The position numbers and the translations under genes are program-made. Source: Diplonema japonicum (taxonomy: Eukaryota > Protista > Euglenozoa: Diplonemea). Taken from it: 64,000 nt of DNA. The notes beneath the pieces were generated by a model. That model ran no database searches, was not told the DNA's origin, and saw only the letters and a program-made list of their open reading frames with translations. Positions 62,882-64,000 of the stretch are shown here, piece by piece (the first letter of the stretch is position 1; the number at the start of each line of letters is the position of its first letter). The stretch is from assembly GCA_964019335.1 (NCBI GenBank), contig OZ025699.1:434001-498000 (forward strand). Reading direction: 5' to 3'.

Positions 62882-63539
62882 TTTCTTTTCTTTTTTTTTT
62901 TTCTTCTTCTTTTTTTTTTAGCCCATAAAATGAAATGATAGTGTTTTTTTTTTGGGGGGGATGAGGGGGGGGGTTCTTTTTTTAATTCTTTTCTCTTTTA
63001 CATTTTGCGAGGGGGGGAGTAGGGGGGGGGGGGGGGGGGGGAGGGGGACAAAGAAAGAAAGATAAAGGGTGGGAGAAAAAAAGGGGGGGGGTACTATAGA
63101 TCTCATAAAAAAAATGAAAAAAAAGGGGACAAAAGCTTTTTCTTCCCTGCCAAAATTAAGAGATTTACAGTAACGTCTTTTGTGTTTTTTTTTTCTTTTT
63201 TTTTTCTTCTTCTTTTTTTTGGTGGGCCGTTGCTAACCACTTTGTTTCCTATCATGCTGATTGAATGTTGAGTTGGGCCAGGGATAAAAGGAAAAATAAA
63301 AAGAATAAGAGAAGAAAAAAAAGGGGAAAAAAAAAAAGAAAAGAAACGAAAAAGAAGGAAAAAAAGAAACTGTAAGTTTTTTGATTATTATTTCCTCATA
63401 AAAATATTTTCTTCTGCTTTGCTTCTCAAAAGTAGTTGGTGGCAGCGTAATGAGCCATTTCAATTTTTTTAAAAGTAAAATTCCGAAATTTCTTTTTTTT
63501 TAAACAAATAATTTCGGGAATAATACTTAAGAGGTTTAC

Positions 63540-63599
<60 letters not shown>

Positions 63600-64000
63600 A
63601 AGAGATTTATTAGCCCCTAAAGGACCAATTGCCTATTTTACGGACACAGGAAACGGTGTGATGGCAGCAAGAGAGAAGAGAAAAAAAAAGAAAACTACGA
63701 GGAAAAGTGAAAAGCGTCCGCTTGGTCCTTTAGAGTTTAAAAAAAAAAAAAGAAAAAAAAAAGGATGAGACTTACTTCTTCTTTTTTATGTTCATTTTGT
63801 TTCTTTTCCCCCCCCCCCCCAAAGAGAGAAAAAAAAAGAAAAAAAGAAGAAAAAAAGAAAAGAAAAAAAAAAGGGCTCAAGGCAATTCGCAAAAAAGTTT
63901 CTTTTTCCCTCTCTTTTTTTTTTAAAGAAAGAAAGAATGAAACCACCGTATTTTGCTATTCCCCGCACCAACTGAAGGACCCCCTCCCTATGGACTATGT

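Overview
Eukaryotic, most likely diplonemid (Euglenozoa) nuclear DNA. All credible protein genes lie on the + strand (polycistronic-style), separated by homopolymer-rich spacers, and a complete 39-nt euglenozoan spliced-leader (SL) exon is present. Protein genes in order: a 5'-truncated LRR protein, a 2588-aa ADP-ribosyltransferase-containing multidomain protein, a glyoxalase-family protein, an inorganic pyrophosphatase, a MIB/HERC2-SPRY-repeat pseudokinase, a ~6990-aa secreted RTX-like Ca-binding protein, an ankyrin protein, an ABCA transporter, a bacterial chaperone-like/U-box fusion and a 5-exon globin-PH-AGC kinase. U6 and U4 snRNA genes sit in tandem after the pyrophosphatase. The most striking object is a ~6.8-kb decayed APE-type non-LTR retrotransposon (52259-59043). 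It starts exactly with the SL exon, followed by an anti-SL hairpin arm, encodes a dead OTU-like domain and a 2A-like peptide, and ends in a conserved stem-loop plus poly(T) rather than poly(A); two further 3' fragments lie elsewhere in the window. Also notable are tiny GT-AG introns filled with poly(A) instead of a polypyrimidine tract. Domain names come from motif recognition by eye, not database searches.
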